DNA of 61,554 bases, filler included, from Thermodesulfobacteriota bacterium (GTDB lineage Bacteria; DASVDK01), in the NCBI GenBank assembly GCA_036381125.1. It is 6 parts of 6 records of this genome, joined end to end, with 100 filler letters (N's around TTAATTAATTAA, not from the genome) between each part and the next. Parts side by side here need not be neighbours in the genome. Positions count along the whole stretch, not along the records: positions 13,869 to 24,448 come from DASVDK010000361.1; positions 24,549 to 49,022 come from DASVDK010000362.1; 4 more parts are not named here. One strand, 5' to 3'. Positions 22,946 to 31,531 of this stretch are shown in pieces. The notes under the pieces were generated by a model. That model saw nothing but the letters and a program-made list of their open reading frames with translations, was not told where the DNA came from and made no database searches. How positions within the stretch are numbered: the stretch's first letter is position 1; the number at the start of each line of letters is the position of its first letter. The translations under genes were made by a program, and so were the position numbers.

Positions 22946-24448
22946 GTGAGCGCCGGGGGCCTGTTCGCCGTCGACTCGCGGGGTCGCGTCGTCGAGTGGA
23001 GCGACGAGGCGGCCGCGCTGATCGGCGTGCCGGCCTCGAAGGCGCTCGGCCGCCCGTGCCGCGAGGCGGTGGACGGTCGCGACCCTCGCTCGGGGGAGCC
23101 GGTCTGCGGGAGGGCCTGCCCGCCGCTCGCCGCGCTCGGCGCCGGACGGCTCGCCGGGAGCGTTCGGCTGCTCGCCGGGCGGACGCCCACCGGACCGCAG
23201 CCGGTGCGGTGCGAACTCTTCGCCCTGCCCGACCGTCCCGGCGGCGCGGTCGGCCGCCTCTCGCCGGCGGAGGCCCCTGCGGGCGCCGCCGGCGCGACGG
23301 ACGGGCGCCGAAGGGCGGACGTCGTGCGCGACCTGTCGGCCCTCGCCACCCTCGCCGCCTCGCTCGCCGCGGACCCCCTTCCGAGAGGGCTCGACCGGAC
23401 GCTGTCGGTCGTCCGGGAGGCGACCGGCATGGAGTCCGCGGAGGTCTTCCTCGCCGACCCGACGGGGCGCGAGCTGCTCCTGGCCGCGTACTCCGGGCCC
23501 TTCCGGCGCGCCTTCTGCGAGGCGCCGCGGCTGCGCCCGGGCGAGGGACTGCCCGGCCTCGTCCTGTCCGCGCGCGCGCCCGAGGCGACGGCGGCGCTCG
23601 ACCGCGACGTCCGCTACGTCCGGACGTCGGTCACGGCGAAGGGCTTCCGATTCGGCGCGTGGGTGCCGCTCGCCGGAACGGGGGGGCCGGTCGGCGTGCT
23701 CGGCGTTGCCTCGAGGCATCCGCGACTCGACCCGGAGCCGGACCGGCTCCGGCTCCTCACGTGGGCCGGGGGCCTGCTCGGGTCGGCGATCGAGACCTGG
23801 ATGCTCCGGTTCCGGGAGGAGCTGAGGGCCGCCGCGGACGACGCGGAGGCGGGCGACGAGTCGGGGCTCGACCGGCTGCTGCGGGCGCTGCTCGCGCGGG
23901 CGATCGAGATGGGGGAGGCCGACGCCGGCGGCGTCGGCCTCCTGGACCGACGCGGCCTCGGCGTGGTGCGGTACGTGACCGACCGGGGGGCCTCGATCGG
24001 CGCCTGCCCGGGCCTCCTCGACGGCGCCGCGCCGTTCTGCCCGGTCGTGGCCGCCGGCGTCGGCGCGACCTTCGGCGGCCCGCGGACGTCCTGGCCGCTC
24101 CCCTGCCGGCTCGTGCGCCAGGGCGGGGTGGCGCGGTCGTGCCTGCCGATCAGGACCGGTGCGGAGCGTGCGCCGCTCGGCGTGATCCAGCTCGTCCACG
24201 CGCGACACCCCCCGTCGCCCCCGACGCGCGACCTGGCGCTCGTCGCCGGCCTGGCGGGCGGGGCGGCGGCGATCCTCGCGCGCGTCCGCGACCGGGTCGA
24301 TCGTCGCCTGGCCGCCGTCGCGCAGGTCTCGCGCGGCGTCGGGCCGGCGGCCGGCCCGGTCGCGGAGCCGGGGCGCACCGAGCCGTACCTGGTCGCACGC
24401 TGCCTCGGCCCGTTCGAGCTGCGTCGCGGCGGGGTCCTCGTGACGCCG
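22946..24448 (+). CDS. Cys-rich PAS-GAF-GAF regulator entering a SARP/BTAD-type DNA-binding region (3' truncated)
   Basis: PAS (LFAVDSRGRVVEWSDEAAALIG..LGRPC), GAF (LRPGEGLPG...VPL...VGVL), second Cys-rich GAF, ends LVARCLGPFELRRGG (typical start of a SARP wHTH). Confidence 0.72.
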
Positions 24449-24548
24449 NNNNNNNNNNNNNNNNNNNNNNNNNNNNNNNNNNNNNNNNNNNNTTAATTAA
24501 TTAANNNNNNNNNNNNNNNNNNNNNNNNNNNNNNNNNNNNNNNNNNNN
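24449..24548. other. Artificial contig spacer
   Basis: N44-TTAATTAATTAA-N44. Confidence 0.99.
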
Positions 24549-25467
24549 CTCGCTCGAGGTGGCCGCGGGGGAGATCTGCGTGCTGATCGGGCCGTCCGGC
24601 TCCGGCAAGACGACCACGATGCGGATGATCAACCGGCTCGAGCTGCCGACGGCCGGGCGCATCACGGTCGGCGGGCGGGACATCGCGGCGCTCGACGACG
24701 TCGAACTGCGGCGCGGGATCGGCTACGTGATCCAGCAGGTCGGGCTCTTCCCGCACATGACCGTGGCGGACAACGTGGCGATCGTGCCGCGCCTGCTCGA
24801 GTGGCCGGCCGACAGGCGGCGCCGCCGCGCCGAGGAGCTCCTCGAGCTGGTCGGCCTCGAGCCCGCGCGGTTCGCGGATCGCTATCCGCGGCAGCTCTCG
24901 GGGGGGCAACAGCAACGGGTCGGCGTCGCGCGGGCGCTGGCGGCCGACCCGCCGATCGTCCTGATGGACGAGCCGTTCGGCGCGGTCGATCCGATCACGC
25001 GCAAGCAGCTCCAGTGGGAGCTCCGGCGAATCCAGGCCGAGGTGCACAAGACGATCGTCTTCGTCACGCACGACATCGGCGAGGCGTTCCTGCTCGGCGA
25101 CCGGATCGTGCTCATGGCCGACGGCCGGATCGTGCAGCACGGCGCACCCCACGACCTGCTTCGCCGTCCCGAGGACCCGTTCGTGACCAGCTTCATCGGC
25201 GAGAACCGGGCCGCGGGGATGCTCCAGTACACGACCCTCGCGGAGCTGGCCCGGCCGGCGACCGAGGGCCCGCGGCCGGGCGTGGAAGCCCTTCCGGCGA
25301 CGCTCTCGGTGCTCGACGCGCTCAGGCGGCTCGGCCGGCGCCCGGACGAGGCCGGGGACGCCATCTGGGTGGCCGACCCGGCGGGCGGGCCGGCCGGCCG
25401 CCTCACCTACCGGGACCTCGTCGTCGCGATCGGCGAGGCGATGGCGGACGATGCGCTACCTCGTTGA
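24549..25467 (+). CDS. Osmoprotectant-type (OpuC/OsmV-like) ABC ATPase (5' truncated)
   Basis: GPSGSGKTT, LRRGIGYVIQQVGLFPH, LSGGQQQRVGVARALAADP, LMDEPFGAVDP. Confidence 0.92.
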
Positions 25468-26086
25468 GCACCCGCAGCGCGTGCTCGAGCTCGCGCTGCA
25501 GCACCTCGAGATCGTCGCCGCCTCCGTCCTGGTCGCCGTCCTCATCGGCGTGCCGGTGGGCGTCCTCGTGACGCGCCTGCGGTGGCTCGAGGGGCCGGTC
25601 ATGCACGTCGCCGGCGTCCTCTACACCGTCCCGAGTCTCGCCCTCTTCGCGGTGCTCATTCCCTTCACGGGGCTCGGCGCGCGGCCGGCGATCGTCGCGC
25701 TGATCCTCTACTCCCTGCTCGCGATCATCCGCAACACCGTGGCCGGGATCGATGCCGTCGACCCCGCGACGCTCGAGGCGGCACGGGGCATGGGCATGAC
25801 CGGCACCCAGCGCCTCTTGCTCGTCGAGCTGCCGCTCGGGCTTCCGATCATCCTGGCCGGCGTGCGCCTCGCCGCCGTGGCGGCCATCGGGATCGCGACC
25901 GTGGCGGCGTACGTGGGCGCCGGCGGCCTCGGCCTGCTCATCTTCGACGGCCTGCGCACCCTCGACGCGGACCGCGTGCTCGGCGGCGCCCTGGCGACGT
26001 CGGCCATGGCGCTCGCCGTCGACGCCGGCCTGGCCCGGCTCGGCGGCAGGCGCCGCGAGGACACCGCGCAGGCGACCGGCGGCTGA
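25451..26086 (+). CDS. Osmoprotectant-type ABC permease
   Basis: YTVPSLALF, EAARGMGM, VELPLGLP, GAGGLG. Confidence 0.93.
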   Translation: MRYLVEHPQRVLELALQHLEIVAASVLVAVLIGVPVGVLVTRLRWLEGPVMHVAGVLYTVPSLALFAVLIPFTGLGARPAIVALILYSLLAIIRNTVAGIDAVDPATLEAARGMGMTGTQRLLLVELPLGLPIILAGVRLAAVAAIGIATVAAYVGAGGLGLLIFDGLRTLDADRVLGGALATSAMALAVDAGLARLGGRRREDTAQATGG

Positions 26087-26097
26087 GGAGATTCCCG

Positions 26098-26754
26098 ATG
26101 GGCAACCCGTTCGGCTTCGTGGCCTACATCCTGGAACACCCCGAGAGCTTCCTCGAGCTACTCCGGCAGCACGTCGAGCTGACCGCCCTGTCGGTCCTCT
26201 TCGGCGTCCTCGCCGCCCTCCCGCTCGCGGTCCTGGCCAGTCGCATCAACGCGCTGGCCGGCCCGATGACGTGGCTCGCCGGCGTCGGCCAGACGATCCC
26301 GAGCCTCGCCATCCTCGCCCTCGTCCTGCCGTTCCTCGGCATCGGGTTCGCGCCGTCGCTCTTCGCGCTGACGATCCGCGCGCTCCTGCCGATCTTCCTG
26401 AACGCCTACGTCGGCATCCGCGGCGTCGACAAGGCCGCGATCGAGGCGGCGCGCGGGATGGGCATGAACGGCGCCGAGCGGCTCTTCCTCGTGGAGCTCC
26501 CGCTGGCGGTCCCGGTCATCCTGGCCGGCGTCCAGACCGCGACGGTCCAGAACGTCGGGGTCGCCACGCTCGCGGCCTTCATCGGCGGCGGGGGACTCGG
26601 TGACCTGATCCTCCAGGGGCTCGCCATGGTCGACACGCCGGTGCTCCTCGCCGGCGCCGTGCCGGTCGCGCTGCTCGCGATGCTGGCCGACGTCGGGATG
26701 CGGCGCATCGGCCGCCTGCTCACGCCGGGCGGCCTGCGGGCGGCGCGCGCATGA
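26098..26754 (+). CDS. Osmoprotectant-type ABC permease (second)
   Basis: GQTIPSLAIL, EAARGMGM, VELPLAVP, GGGGLG; GAGGAG RBS. Confidence 0.93.
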   Translation: MGNPFGFVAYILEHPESFLELLRQHVELTALSVLFGVLAALPLAVLASRINALAGPMTWLAGVGQTIPSLAILALVLPFLGIGFAPSLFALTIRALLPIFLNAYVGIRGVDKAAIEAARGMGMNGAERLFLVELPLAVPVILAGVQTATVQNVGVATLAAFIGGGGLGDLILQGLAMVDTPVLLAGAVPVALLAMLADVGMRRIGRLLTPGGLRAARA

Positions 26755-28130
26755 GCGCGGGAGCCCGGACGCGTCGGGTCGCGCAGTTCGCGCGCGACGT
26801 CCGCTGGGCCGATCTGCCCGCGGCCGTGCAGGCACAGGCGGTTCGCTGCCTGCTGGACCTCTGCGGCTCGGCGGTCGCCGGCAGCCTCACCCCGGTCGCC
26901 CGGATCGCCGCCGCGTACGCCCGGGCGGCGCACGGCCCGGGCGGGGCGACCATCATCGGCGCCGACAGCGGCAGCACACCGGTCGGCGCGGCGCTCGCCA
27001 ACGGCTTCGCCGCCTCGGCGCTCGACATCGACGACGGCTACCGCCCCGTCAAGGGGCATCCGGGCGCGGTCGTCCTGCCCGCCGTCCTCGCGGCCGCCGA
27101 GCAGGCCCGCGCGAGCGGCTCCGAGTTCCTGACGGCGCTCGTCGTCGCCTACGAGGTCGCCATGCGCGCCGGACGCATCCTGCACCCGCTCTACGGCTTC
27201 TACCACGGCACCGGGGCCTGGGGGCCGGTCGGCGCGGCGGCCGGCGCGGCGCGCCTCCTCCGCCTCACGCCCGACGAGACCTGGCACGCGCTCGGCATCG
27301 CCGAGTTCCACGCGGCGATGACCCCCGAGATGCGGTCGGTCGACCACCCGAGCATGCTCAAGGACGGCATCGGGTGGGGCGCCATGGTCGGGCTCGCCTC
27401 CGTCGGGCTCGCGGCCGCGGGCTTCACCGGGATCCCGAGCCTCTTCGACGCCGGGCCCGAGGGCGCCGCGCTCTGCGAGAGCCTTGGCCGCGACTACCTG
27501 GTCCTGGATCTCTACTTCAAGCCGTACCCCTGTTGCCGGTGGGCGCAGCCGGCGGTCGAAGGGGCGCTCGCGGCCGCGCGTGCCCTGGGCGTGCGGGGCG
27601 ACGAGATTGCCCGGGTCACGGTGTACACGTTCGAGGCGGCGACCCACCTGCGCGCCGTCGCGCCCCGGACCACCGAGGAGGCGCAGTTCAGCCTCCCCTG
27701 GCCGGTCGCCTGCGCGCTCCTCGGCGGCACCGTCGGGCCTGCCGACGTGCTCGGCGCCGCCCTCGAGGATGCCGCCCGCCGCCGGCTCGCGGCCCGCGTG
27801 GCGATCGTCGAGGAGCCGGAACTCTCCCGGCAGTTCCCGGCGCGGGCCCTGGCCCGGGTCGAGGTCGAGACGGCCGACGGCCGCCGCGCCCGCTCCGGCG
27901 TGGTCGCCGCGCGCGGCGACGCCGACGCCCCGCCCGCCGACGCCGAACTGCGGGAGAAGTTCCATCGCCTCGCCGACCCCGTCCTCGGGACCTCCGGCGC
28001 GCGTTCGCTCGCGGCCGCGGTCGAGGACCTGCCCGGGGCCGAGAGCCTGGACCGTCTCCTCGAACGGCTCCGCGTTCCTGCGCCGGCTCCATCGGGCGGC
28101 GCCCCACTCGCTACCAGGAGGTTGCCGTGA
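26751..28130 (+). CDS. MmgE/PrpD family protein (copy 1)
   Basis: ALANG...LDIDDG...GHPGAVVLPA, YHGTG, FKPYPCC, AQFSLPW. Confidence 0.92.
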   Translation: MSAGARTRRVAQFARDVRWADLPAAVQAQAVRCLLDLCGSAVAGSLTPVARIAAAYARAAHGPGGATIIGADSGSTPVGAALANGFAASALDIDDGYRPVKGHPGAVVLPAVLAAAEQARASGSEFLTALVVAYEVAMRAGRILHPLYGFYHGTGAWGPVGAAAGAARLLRLTPDETWHALGIAEFHAAMTPEMRSVDHPSMLKDGIGWGAMVGLASVGLAAAGFTGIPSLFDAGPEGAALCESLGRDYLVLDLYFKPYPCCRWAQPAVEGALAAARALGVRGDEIARVTVYTFEAATHLRAVAPRTTEEAQFSLPWPVACALLGGTVGPADVLGAALEDAARRRLAARVAIVEEPELSRQFPARALARVEVETADGRRARSGVVAARGDADAPPADAELREKFHRLADPVLGTSGARSLAAAVEDLPGAESLDRLLERLRVPAPAPSGGAPLATRRLP

Positions 28131-29032
28131 TGAACCATCGGACGCTCCTCGCCGCGCTCGTGGCTGCCCTCCTCGCGGCCGCCGCGCTCCTTGCGCCGAC
28201 CGCCGACGCCGGTCAGGCCGGGAAGACGGTCACGGTCGGCTCCAAGAACTTCACCGAGCAGCTCATCGTGGGCCAGATGGTTGCCGCGCTGCTCGAGCAC
28301 GCGGGCTACCAGGTCGATCGCAAGCTGAACCTCGGCGGCACCGCGGTGGTGCACCAGGCGCTCGTCAGCGGCGACGTCGACGTGTACGTCGAGTACACGG
28401 GGACCGGCCTCACGGCGCTGCTCAAGCTTCCCGTGCAGACCGACCCGGAGCAGGTGTTCCGCACCGTCAAGAAGGAGTACGAGAGCCGCTTCAAGGCCAC
28501 CTGGCTCGAACCCTGGGGCTTCAACAACACCTACGCGCTCGCGATGCGGGCGGACAGGGCCAGGGCGCTCGGCGTGAGGACGATCGCCGACCTCGAGGAC
28601 AAGGCGCAGGATCTCACGTTCGGCGGGACGCAGGAGTTCATCACCCGGCCGGACGGCCTGCCCGGCATCGAGAAGACGTACGGCCTCAAGTTCAAGCAGG
28701 CGCGCGGGATGGACTTCGGCATCATGTACCAGGCCGTCGCCTCCGGCCAGGTCGACGTCGCCTCCGCCTTCGCCACCGACGGCCGCATCGCCGCGCTCGA
28801 CCTCGTGACGCTCGAGGACGACCGGCGGTTCTTCCCGCCCTACTACGCCGCCCCGGTCGTCCGGCAGGAGGTCATCGGCAGGGACCCGAGGATCGCCGAG
28901 GTCCTCAACACGCTCGCCGGCAAGGTCGACGACGACACGATGCGCAGGCTGAACGCCCAGGTGGATCAGGAGAAGAAGGAGCCGGCGGACGTGGCCCGCG
29001 CCTTCCTCAAGGAGCGGGGCTACATCAACTGA
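28130..29032 (+). CDS. Glycine betaine/OpuAC-family ABC substrate-binding protein
   Basis: Signal peptide; VGSKNFTEQ, YVEYTGT, GFNNTYA, RPDG, LEDDRRFFPPY. Confidence 0.93.
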   Translation: MNHRTLLAALVAALLAAAALLAPTADAGQAGKTVTVGSKNFTEQLIVGQMVAALLEHAGYQVDRKLNLGGTAVVHQALVSGDVDVYVEYTGTGLTALLKLPVQTDPEQVFRTVKKEYESRFKATWLEPWGFNNTYALAMRADRARALGVRTIADLEDKAQDLTFGGTQEFITRPDGLPGIEKTYGLKFKQARGMDFGIMYQAVASGQVDVASAFATDGRIAALDLVTLEDDRRFFPPYYAAPVVRQEVIGRDPRIAEVLNTLAGKVDDDTMRRLNAQVDQEKKEPADVARAFLKERGYIN

Positions 29033-29094
29033 CGGAGGCGCCCGATCTCGCGTCTCCGACGCCGCACGGGCCCGAGGCGCCGCCGCGGCAACGG

Positions 29095-29697
29095 TCAGCG
29101 CACGGCCAGGACGACCGATCCGGCGAGGAGCGCGCCCATCGCGACGTCGAAGGCGCGGCGGGCGCGCTCGGTGCGCAGGAGCCGTTGCGCGGTGGCGCCG
29201 AAGGCGAGCCACACGAAGCAGCAGGGCGAGGACGCCACGACGAACAGGCCGCCCAGGGCCGACGCCTGCGCGAGGGCGCTGCCGGACCCGGCGTCGAGGT
29301 AGGCCCCTGCCGCGGCGGCGCAGACGAGCCACGACTTCGGGTTGACCCACTGGAACGCCGCCGCGCCGACGAAGCCGACCGGCGTCTTCCCGTCCCCCAC
29401 CGCCGCGCCGCCGCGACCCGCGGTCGCGATCCGGAAGGCGAGCCACAGCAGGAAGGCGGCGCCGATCCAGTTGAGCGCCCGCAACACGGCGGGACTGGCG
29501 AGGACGACGCTGCCCAGCCCGAACGCCACGACCGCCATCATCAGGCCCATGCCGATGGTCACCCCGAACAGGCAGGGGAGTCCGCGCCGCACGCCGACCC
29601 GGGCGCCGGTCGCCGTCAAGAGGAGGTTGCTCGGCCCCGGCGTGCCGGCGGCGACGGCCGCGAAGAGCAGGAACGCGGCGGCCCGGTCCGGCGTCAT
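29095..29697 (-). CDS. LysE family exporter
   Basis: TPGPSNL, GAAFLLWLA, FQWVNPKSW. Confidence 0.92.
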   Translation of the reverse strand: MTPDRAAAFLLFAAVAAGTPGPSNLLLTATGARVGVRRGLPCLFGVTIGMGLMMAVVAFGLGSVVLASPAVLRALNWIGAAFLLWLAFRIATAGRGGAAVGDGKTPVGFVGAAAFQWVNPKSWLVCAAAAGAYLDAGSGSALAQASALGGLFVVASSPCCFVWLAFGATAQRLLRTERARRAFDVAMGALLAGSVVLAVR

Positions 29698-29721
29698 ACT
29701 GTCGCACGAGGAGGCGGAGCC

Positions 29722-30594
29722 ATGGCCGACAGGCTACGCGGCGACGGCGGCGCCGGTCTTGAACGATCGTGCGGGACGCGGCGGCCGGACTGGATTCGCA
29801 GCCGGGAGCTGGGGGACGGCGTGCAGGCGCTCCAGGCCTGGTTCGCCGGCCGCGGCTTCGACCGGCACCGCCACGACACCTACGCCATCGGCCTGACCGA
29901 CGCCGGCGTGCAGGCCTTCGACTATCGCGGCGTCGCCCGGGCCAGCACCCCCGGCAAGGTCGTCGTGCTGCACCCGGACGAGGCGCACGACGGCCGCGCC
30001 GGCACGCCGGACGGCTTCGGCTATCGGATCGTCTACGTGGCGCCCAGGCGGATCCGGGAGGCCGCTCGCGCGATCTGCGGGCGTCCCTGCGCGCTCCCCT
30101 TCGTGCGCGAGCCGGTGACGACCAACGCGGCGCTGGCGGGCGCGATCGAGGCCGCGTTCCGGTGCGTCCCGGAACCGCTCGCGATCGACGTCCTGGTCCT
30201 CCGGCTGGCCGACGCGCTGGTCGGCGCCGACCCGTCGGCCGGCGGGCGCGCCGCACCGGTCCGCCTCGACGGCCGCGCGGTCGCCCGGGCGCGACAGTTC
30301 CTCGACGCGGAGACGACCCGCGTGGTGAGGTCGTCCGAGCTGGAGGCGGTCGCCGGCCTGACGCGGTACGAGCTCGCTCGGCAGTTCCGGGCGGCCTTCG
30401 GGACCAGCCCCTATCGCTATTCCCTGTTGCGGCGTCTCGACGAGGGGCGGGCGCAGCTCCGCCGCGGCCGGCCGCTCGCCGACGTGGCGCTGGCCGTGGG
30501 CTTCGCCGACCAGGCGCACTTCTCGCGGATGTTCAAGGCCGCCTTCGGCGTCACCCCCGCAGGCTACCGGGCGCTGGAAGCGAATCGGGCGTGA
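29722..30594 (+). CDS. AraC family transcriptional regulator
   Basis: FDRHRHDTYAIG cupin, HPDEAHDG, FRAAFGTSPYRY, GFADQAHFSRMFK..FG.TP. Confidence 0.93.
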   Translation: MADRLRGDGGAGLERSCGTRRPDWIRSRELGDGVQALQAWFAGRGFDRHRHDTYAIGLTDAGVQAFDYRGVARASTPGKVVVLHPDEAHDGRAGTPDGFGYRIVYVAPRRIREAARAICGRPCALPFVREPVTTNAALAGAIEAAFRCVPEPLAIDVLVLRLADALVGADPSAGGRAAPVRLDGRAVARARQFLDAETTRVVRSSELEAVAGLTRYELARQFRAAFGTSPYRYSLLRRLDEGRAQLRRGRPLADVALAVGFADQAHFSRMFKAAFGVTPAGYRALEANRA

Positions 30595-30771
30595 GCGTCG
30601 GTTGCCCGATCGGAGCGAGCCGCCCCTCGCACCACTGCGCGAGGCTCGCGGCGCAGCCCCGATCGGCTGGCTCCGGGCCCTCGTCTGGCCGGCGAGCACC
30701 GGCGCCGAACCGTCTCACCCGTCGGCGACGGGGACGGCCGGGCGCCGGGTGAACCGGACCGCGAGGCGACT

Positions 30772-31530
30772 TCAGAACGCGAAGCGCCGCAACCCGCCGT
30801 CCACGTGGATCACCTCGCCCGTGATGTAGCCCGCCCTGGGCGAGGCCAGGAAGGCGACGAGGTGCGCCACGTCCCGGGGCTCGCCGAAGTGGCCGAGCGG
30901 GATGTTGGCCTTCGCGAACGCCTCCCGATCCTCGGGCGTCGGGTGGAGGCGCTCGACGATCTGCTCGCTCATGATCCGGCCGGGCGGGATGGAGTTGACG
31001 GTGATGCCGTAGGGGCCGACCTCCCGCGAGAGGCCCTTGGCCCAGGCGTGCACCGCCGCCTTCGCGGCGTTGGCGGCGTTCATCCCCCGGGGCTCGGACG
31101 AGCCGGTGATGTTGACGATCCGGCCCCATCGGTGCTGGCGCATGGAGGGGAGAAGCGCGTGCGTGAGCCGCCGCAACGCCACGAAGTTGACGGCGAAGGC
31201 CTCCGTCCACTGCTCCTCGGTGGCGTCGACCGGCAGCGGGCGCGAGCCGCCCGCGCTGTTCACGAGGATGTCGGCGCGCCCGAACGCGCCGAGGACGCGG
31301 TCGCGGACGAGCGTGTGGGCGTCCGGCGTGCCGAGGTCCACCGCAACGACGAGCGGGCGGGGCGCTCCGGAGGCGGCGAGGTCGTCCGCGAGTCGCTCGA
31401 GGCGCTCGGCGCGTCGCGCCACGACGGCGAGCTGCACCCCTTCGGCCGCCAGCACCTCGGCGACCGCGTGCCCGATGCCCGCGCTCGCCCCGGTCACGAC
31501 CGCTACCCGACCACGTAGCTCCAGGTCCAC
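30772..31530 (-). CDS. Short-chain dehydrogenase/reductase (atypical: catalytic Tyr absent, A-N-A-A-K in place of YxxxK)
   Basis: VTGASAGIG, LVNSAGG, ITVNSIPPGRI, YITGEVIHVDGG; AGGAGG RBS before GTG. Confidence 0.88.
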   Translation of the reverse strand: MDLELRGRVAVVTGASAGIGHAVAEVLAAEGVQLAVVARRAERLERLADDLAASGAPRPLVVAVDLGTPDAHTLVRDRVLGAFGRADILVNSAGGSRPLPVDATEEQWTEAFAVNFVALRRLTHALLPSMRQHRWGRIVNITGSSEPRGMNAANAAKAAVHAWAKGLSREVGPYGITVNSIPPGRIMSEQIVERLHPTPEDREAFAKANIPLGHFGEPRDVAHLVAFLASPRAGYITGEVIHVDGGLRRFAF

Positions 31531-31531
31531 G

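Noticed and set aside
27484-30594. 1036-aa AraC fusion and the many long Arg/Pro/Gly-rich or antisense ORFs (e.g. 3339-5984, 14927-18499, 27512-30256, 56094-58496)
   Set aside because: Stop-poor shadow frames of real genes, with no recognisable motifs.
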